In this document: one piece after another, positions 58,101 through 64,000 of the stretch | How positions within the stretch are numbered: position 1 is the first letter of the stretch | Layout: the number at the start of each line of letters is the position of its first letter | NCBI GenBank assembly: GCA_964016885.1 | Contig: OZ024747.1 | Coordinates: 38,130,001 to 38,194,000 of the forward strand | Direction: 5' to 3' | Origin: Eledone cirrhosa | Lineage: Eukaryota | DNA: 64,000 nucleotides | Translations under genes and position numbers: made by a program | Notes under the pieces: generated by a model | Database searches by the model: none | Told to the model about the DNA's origin: nothing | Seen by the model: the letters and a program-made list of their open reading frames with translations, nothing else

Positions 58101-60274
58101 TGGTAAAATATTTAATGGGGAGTTAGGGTGGTAAAATATGTAATGAGGAGATAGGGAGGTAAAATAAGTAATGGGGAGATAGGGTGGTAAAATATGCAAA
58201 GGGATGATCGGATGGTAAAATATGGTAATGGGGAGATAGGATAGTAAAATATGTAATGGGGAGATAGGATATTTAAAAATGTAATGGGGTGATAGGGTTT
58301 TAAAATATGGTACTGGGGAGATATGTTAGTAAAATATGTTAATTGGCAGACAGGGTGGTAAAATATGTAATGGGATGATCGGATGGTAAAATATGGTAAT
58401 GGGGAGATAGGATAGTAAAATATGTAATGGGGAGATAGGGTGGTAAAATATGTAATGGGGATATAGGGTAGTAAAATATGGTAATGGGGAGAAAGGATAG
58501 TAAAATATGTTAATAGGGAGATAGGATAGTAACATATGCAATGGGGTGATATGATAGTAAAATATGGTAATGGGGAGATAGGCTAGTAAAATAAGTAATA
58601 GGGAGATAAGGTGGTAAAATATATAATGGGGAGATACTGTCATAAACTATTTAATAGGGAGATAGGATAGTAAAATATGGTAATGGGGAGATAGGGTGGT
58701 AAAATATAGTACTTGTAATATGTAATGAGGAGATAGTACAGTAAAATATGGTAATAGGGAGATAGGGTGGTAAAATATCTAATGGTGTGATAGGATAGTA
58801 TAATATGTAATGGGGAGATAGGATAGTAAAATATGTAATGAGGAGATAGGGTGGTAAAATATGTAATTGGGTGATATGGTGGTAAAATAAGTAATGGGTA
58901 GATAGGGTTGTAAAATATGTAATGGGGAGTTAGGATAGTAAAATATGTTAATGGGGAGATAGAGTGGTAAAATATGGTAATGGGGAGTAAGGATAGTAAA
59001 ATATGGTCATGGTGAGATAGGGTGATAAAATATGTAATGGGGAGATAGGATAGTAAAATATGTAATGGGGAGATATGATATTTAAATATGTAATGGGGTA
59101 ATAGGGTTTAAAAATATGGTACTGGTGAGATAGGATAGTAAAATATGGTAATTGGGAGATAGGGTGCTAAGATATGTAATGGGATGATCGGAGGGTAAAA
59201 TATGGTAATGGGGAGATAGGATAGTAGAATATGTAATGGGGAGATAAGATAGTAAAATATGTAATGAGGAGATAGTGTGGTAAAATAGGTAATGGGATAA
59301 TCGGGTGGTAAAATATGTAAAGTGGAGATAGGGTGGTAAAATATTTAATGGGGAGTTAGGGTGGTAAAATATGTAATGAGGAGATAGGAGGTAAAATATG
59401 TAATGAGGAAATAGGGTGGTAAAATATGTAATGGGTAGATAGGGCGGTAAAATATAGTAATCGGGAGATAGGATATTAAAATTTGTAATGGGGAGATAGA
59501 TTAGTAAAATATGTAATGGGGAGAGAGGATATTAACATATGTAATGGTGAGATAGTAGAGTAAAATATGTAATTAGGAGATAGGGTGGTAAAATATAGTA
59601 CTGGGGAGATAGTACAGTAAAATATGGTAATGGGTAGATAGCATAGTAAAATATGTAATGGGGAAATAGGGTGGTAAAATAGGTAATGGGGAGTCAGCGT
59701 TGTAAAATATGGTAATGGGAAGATAGGAAAGTAAAATATGGCATTGGGGAGATATGATAGTAAAATAAGTAATGGGGAGATAGGGTGGTAAAATATGCAA
59801 AGGTATGATCGGATGGTAAAATATGGTAATGGGGAGATAGGATAGTAAAATATGTAATGGGGACATAGGATAGTAAAATATGTAATGAGGAGATAGCTTG
59901 GTAAAATATGTAATGGGATGATCGGGTCGTAAAATATGTAATGGGGAGATAGGGTGGTAAAATATGGTAATAGGATGATATGATTGTAAACTACGTAATG
60001 GGAAGTTAGGATAGTAAAATATGTAATGTGGAGATAGGATATTAAACTATGTAATCTAAAGATAGGATATTAAAATATGTAATGGGAAGATAGGATATTA
60101 AAATATGTAATGTGGAGATAGGATAGTAAAATATGTAATGGGGAGATAGGGTGCAAAATATGTAATGTTGAGATAGGATAATAAAATTTGTAATGAGGAG
60201 CTAGGGTGCTAAAATATGTAATGAGGAGATAGGGTCGTAAAATATCTAATGGGGAGATAGGGTGTTAAAATATG
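49140..60274 (+). repeat. Domain C: mosaic of kb-scale modules repeated at several offsets
   Basis: Offsets of 4630 (51811/56441; ORFs 52377/57007), 1319 (ORF starts 57007/58326) and ~5124 (49921/55045). Markers include GGGATGATCGGATGG, AGTACTTGAAATATG and AATTGGCAGACAGGG. Confidence 0.8.
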
Positions 60275-63200
60275 GTAATCGGGAGATAGGATATTAAAAT
60301 TTGTAATGGGGAGATAGATTAGTAAAATATGTAATGGGGAGAGAGGATATTAACATATGTAATGGTGAGATAGTAGAGTAAAATATGTAATTAGGAGATA
60401 GGGTGGTAAAATATAGTACTGGGGAGATAGTACAGTAAAATATGGTAATGGGTAGATAGCATAGTAAAATATGTAATGGGGAGATAGGGTGGTAAAATAG
60501 GTAATGGGGAGTCAGCGTTGTAAAATATGGTAATGGGAAGATAGGAAAGTAAAATATGGCATTGGGGAGATATGATAGTAAAATAAGTAATGGGATGATC
60601 GGGTCGTAAAATATGTAATGGGGAGATAGGGTGGTAAAATACGTAATGGGTAGATAGGATAGTAAAATATGTAATGGGGAGATATGTTGGTAAAATATGG
60701 TAATAGGATGATATGATTGTAAACTACGTAATGGGAAGTTAGGATAGTAAAATATGTAATGGTGAGATAGGGTGATCAAATATGTAATGGGAGATATAGT
60801 AGTAAAATATGGTAATAGGGCGATAGGATATTTAAATATGGTAATGGGGAGATTGGGTTTTAAAATATGGTACTGGGGAGATATGATAGTAAAATATGTA
60901 ATGGGGAGATAGGGTGGTAAAATATGTAACTGGGTAATATGGTGGTAAAATATGTAATGGGGAGATAGGGTGGTAAAATATGTAATGAGGAGATAGGATA
61001 GTAAAATATTTAATGCGGAGATAGTATAGTAAAATATGTAATGGGGTGATATGGTGGTAAAATATAGTACTGGGGAGATAGGACTGTAAAATATGTAATG
61101 GGGAGATAGTACAGTTAAATATGGTAATGGGGAGATAGGATAGTAAAATATGTAATGGGGAGATAGGGTGGTAAAATATGTAATCGTGAGATAGGATAGT
61201 AAAATATGGTAATGTGGAGATAGGGTTTTAAAATATGGTACTGGGGAGATAGGATAGTAAAATATGGTAGTTGGGAGATAGGGTGGTAAAATATGTAATG
61301 GGATGATCGGATGGTAAAATATGTAATGGGATGATCGGGTCGTAAAATATGTAATGGGGAGATAGGGTGGGAAATTATGTAATGGGTAGATAGGATAGTA
61401 AAATATGTAATGGGGAGATATGGTGGTAAAATATGGTAATGAGGAGATAGGATAGTAAAATATGTAATGGGGCGATAGGATAGTAAACTACGTAATGGGA
61501 AGATAGGATATTAAAATATGTAATGGGAAGATAGGATATTAAAATATGTAATGGGGAGATAGGATAGTAAAATATGTAATGTTGAGATAGGATAGTAAAA
61601 TATGTAATGGGGAGATTGGGTGGTAAAATATGTAATGGGGAGATAGGGTGGTAAAATATGTAATGGGAAGATAGGATAATAAAATAGGTAATGGGGAGAT
61701 AGGGTGGTAAAATGTGTAATGGGGAGATAGGAGAGTAAAATATCTAATGGGGAGATAGGATAGTAAAATATTAAATGGGGAGGTAGGATATTAAAATATG
61801 TAATGGGGAGATAGGATAGTAAAATATCTAATGGGGAGATAGGATAGTAACATATGCAATGGGGTGATATGATAGTAAAATATGTTAATGGGGAGATAGG
61901 CTAGTAAAATAAGTAATAGGGAGATAAGGTGGTAAAATATGTAATGGGGAGATAGGGTACTAAAATATGTAATGAGGACGTAGGATAGTAAAATATTTAA
62001 ATGGGAGATAGTATAGTAAAATATGTAATGGCGAGATAGGTTAGTAAAATATGTAATGGGGAAATAGGATAGTAAAATATGTACTGGGGAGATAGGATAG
62101 TAAAATATCTAATGGCGAGATAGGATAATAAAATATATAATGTGGAGAAAGGGTGGTAAAATATGTAATGGTGAGATAGGATAATAACATATGTAATGAA
62201 GAGATAGTACAGTAAAATATGGTAATGGGGAGATAGGATAGTAAAATATGTAATGGGGAGATAGGGTGGTAAAATATGTAATGCGGAAATATGGTGGTAA
62301 AATATGTAATGGGGAGATAGGAGAGTAAAATATCTAATGGGGAGATAGGATAGTAAAATATGTAATGGGCTGATAGGGTGGTAAAATATAGTACTCTAGG
62401 GATAGGATTGTAAGATATGTAATGGGGAGATAGTACAGTAAAATATGGTAATGGTGAGATAGGATCGTAAAATATGTAATGGGGAGATAGGGTGGTAAAA
62501 TATGTAATGGGGATATAGGGTAGTAAAATTTGGTAATGGGGAGAAAGGATAGTAAAATATGTTAATAGGGAGATAGGATAGTAACATATACAATGGGGTG
62601 ATATGATAGTAAAATATGGTAATGGGGAGATAGGCTAGTAAAATAAGTAATAGGGAGATAAGGTGGTAAAATATATAATGGGGAGATACTGTGATAAACT
62701 ATTTAATAGGGAGATAGGATAGTAAAATATGGTAATGGGGAGATAGGGTGGTAAAATATAGTACTTGAAATATGTAATGAGGAGATAGTACAGTAAAATA
62801 TGGTAATGGGGAGATAGGGTGGTAAAATATCTAATGGTGTGATAGGATAGTATAATATGTAATGGGGAGATAGGATAGTAAAATATGTAATGAGGAGATA
62901 GGGTGGTAAAATATGTAATTGGGTGATATGGTGGTAAAATAAGTAATGGGTAGATAGGGTTGTAAAATATGTAATGGGGAGATAGGATAGTAAAATATGT
63001 TAATGGGGAGATAGAATGGTAAAATATGGTAATAGGGTGATATGATTGTAAACTACGTAATGGGAAGTTAGGATAGTAAAATATGTAATGGGGAGATAGG
63101 GTGGCAAAATATGTAATGAGGAGATAGGGTCGTAAAATATCTAATGGGGAGATAAGGTGTTAAAATATGGTAATCGGGAGATAGGATATTAACATTTGTA

Positions 63201-64000
63201 ATGGGGAGATAGAATATTAAAATATGTAATGGGCACATAGGTTATTAAAACATGTAATGGGGAGATAGAATAGTAAAATATGAAATTAGGAGATAGGGTG
63301 GTAAAATATAGTACTGGGGAGATAGGGTGGTAAAATATCTAATGGTGTGATAGGATAGTAAAATATGTAATGGGGAGATAGGATAGTACAATATGTAATG
63401 AGGAGATAGGGTGGTAAAATATGTAATTGGGTGAAATGGTGGTAAAATAAGTAATGGGTAGATAGGGTGGTAAAATATGTAATGGAGAGATAGGATAGTA
63501 AAATATGTTAATGGGGAGATAGAGTGGTGAAATATGGTAATGGGGAGTTAGGATAATAAAATATTGTCATGGTGAGATAGGGTGATAAAATATTCTAATG
63601 GGGAGATAGGATAGTAAAATATGTAATGGGGAGATAGGATATTTAAAAATGTAATGGGGTGATAGGGTTTTAAAATATGGTACTGGGGAGATATGTTAGT
63701 AAAATATGTTAATTGGCAGACAGGGTGGTAAAATATGTAATGGGATGATCGGATGGTAAAATATGGTAATGGGGAGATAGGATAGTAAAATATGTAATGG
63801 GGAGATAGGGTGGTAAAATATGTAATGGGGATATAGGGTAGTAAAATATGGTAATGGGGAGAAAGGATAGTAAAATATGTTAATAGGGAGATAGGATAGT
63901 AACATATGCAATGGGGTGATATGATAGTAAAATATGGTAATGGGGAGATAGGCTAGCAAAATATGTTAATAGGGAGATAGGATAGTAACATATGCAATGG
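53595..64000 (+). repeat. Near-identical tandem duplication of a ~6.68-kb block (copy 1 ~53595-60274; copy 2 from ~60275, cut off by the window end)
   Basis: ORF offsets are 6680 (53614/60294) and then 6689 (57007/63696; ends 55904/62593). The shift is explained by an 8-bp indel (~54993 vs ~61673) and a 1-bp indel (~55852 vs ~62541). Confidence 0.92.

Larger units (their letters stand above)
1..64000 (+). repeat. Tandem satellite DNA array, ~28-bp monomer (AAAATATGTAATGGGGAGATAGGATAGT; variants 27-29 bp), single orientation, running off both ends of the window
   Basis: The monomer or a close variant recurs throughout, e.g. the near-consensus run at 4382-4437. The minus-strand translation repeats every 28 aa (YFTILSPHYIFYYPISPLHILLSYLPIT = 84 bp = 3 monomers). 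No unique sequence longer than ~15 bp was seen. Confidence 0.99.

Noticed and set aside
688-63959. All listed minus-strand ORFs as protein-coding genes
   Set aside because: They overlap in several frames and encode the same 28-aa periodic sequence. They arise because the consensus lacks stop codons on that strand. Starts and stops come from point variants, and no domain is recognisable.
1-64000. CRISPR array (the 28-29-bp repeat length is similar)
   Set aside because: The repeats are directly adjacent with no unique spacers, and there is no palindromic repeat structure, leader or cas gene.
1-64000. Canonical telomeric tract
   Set aside because: TTAGGG occurs only as isolated variants (e.g. 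~16318, ~50958) and never in tandem. The degeneracy and kb-scale duplications indicate recombinational rather than telomerase synthesis.
1-64000. Assignment to a named satellite (human HSat1A 42 bp, HSat2/3 CATTC-based, alpha 171 bp, ape pCht/StSat 32 bp)
   Set aside because: Monomer length and sequence do not match those families as I know them. A Dfam/Repbase search is needed before naming a family or host.
1-64000. Phased A-tract curvature
   Set aside because: AAAAT tracts recur every ~28 bp (~2.7 helical turns), out of phase with 10.5 bp, so bends would not add in one plane.

Overview
The whole 64-kb window is one uninterrupted, head-to-tail tandem satellite array, most likely eukaryotic heterochromatin. 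It is built from a ~28-bp monomer (consensus AAAATATGTAATGGGGAGATAGGATAGT). Common variants end in GGGTGGT or carry a 1-bp insertion (TATGGTAAT, 29 bp). The + strand is G/A/T-rich and nearly C-free, and I saw no inversions. I found no credible protein-coding gene, RNA gene, transposon or CRISPR array. Every ORF is on the minus strand, where the consensus monomer has no stop codon, so these ORFs are repeat artefacts. The notable feature is hierarchical organisation. A diverged, largely monomeric zone (~1-8.1 kb, reappearing at ~30.1-33 kb) flanks a homogenised 22-monomer/622-bp higher-order repeat (HOR) domain (~8.15-30.1 kb), which is itself duplicated in ~2.5-2.6-kb blocks. Near-identical 7.6-kb and 6.7-kb tandem duplications and a mosaic of kb-scale modules follow (~33-64 kb). 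I cannot name the satellite family or host from the sequence alone, and functional ideas (centromere, telomere-associated, G4) are inference only. Offsets come from the ORF track and were checked by eye at marker variants; block edges are approximate to about one monomer.
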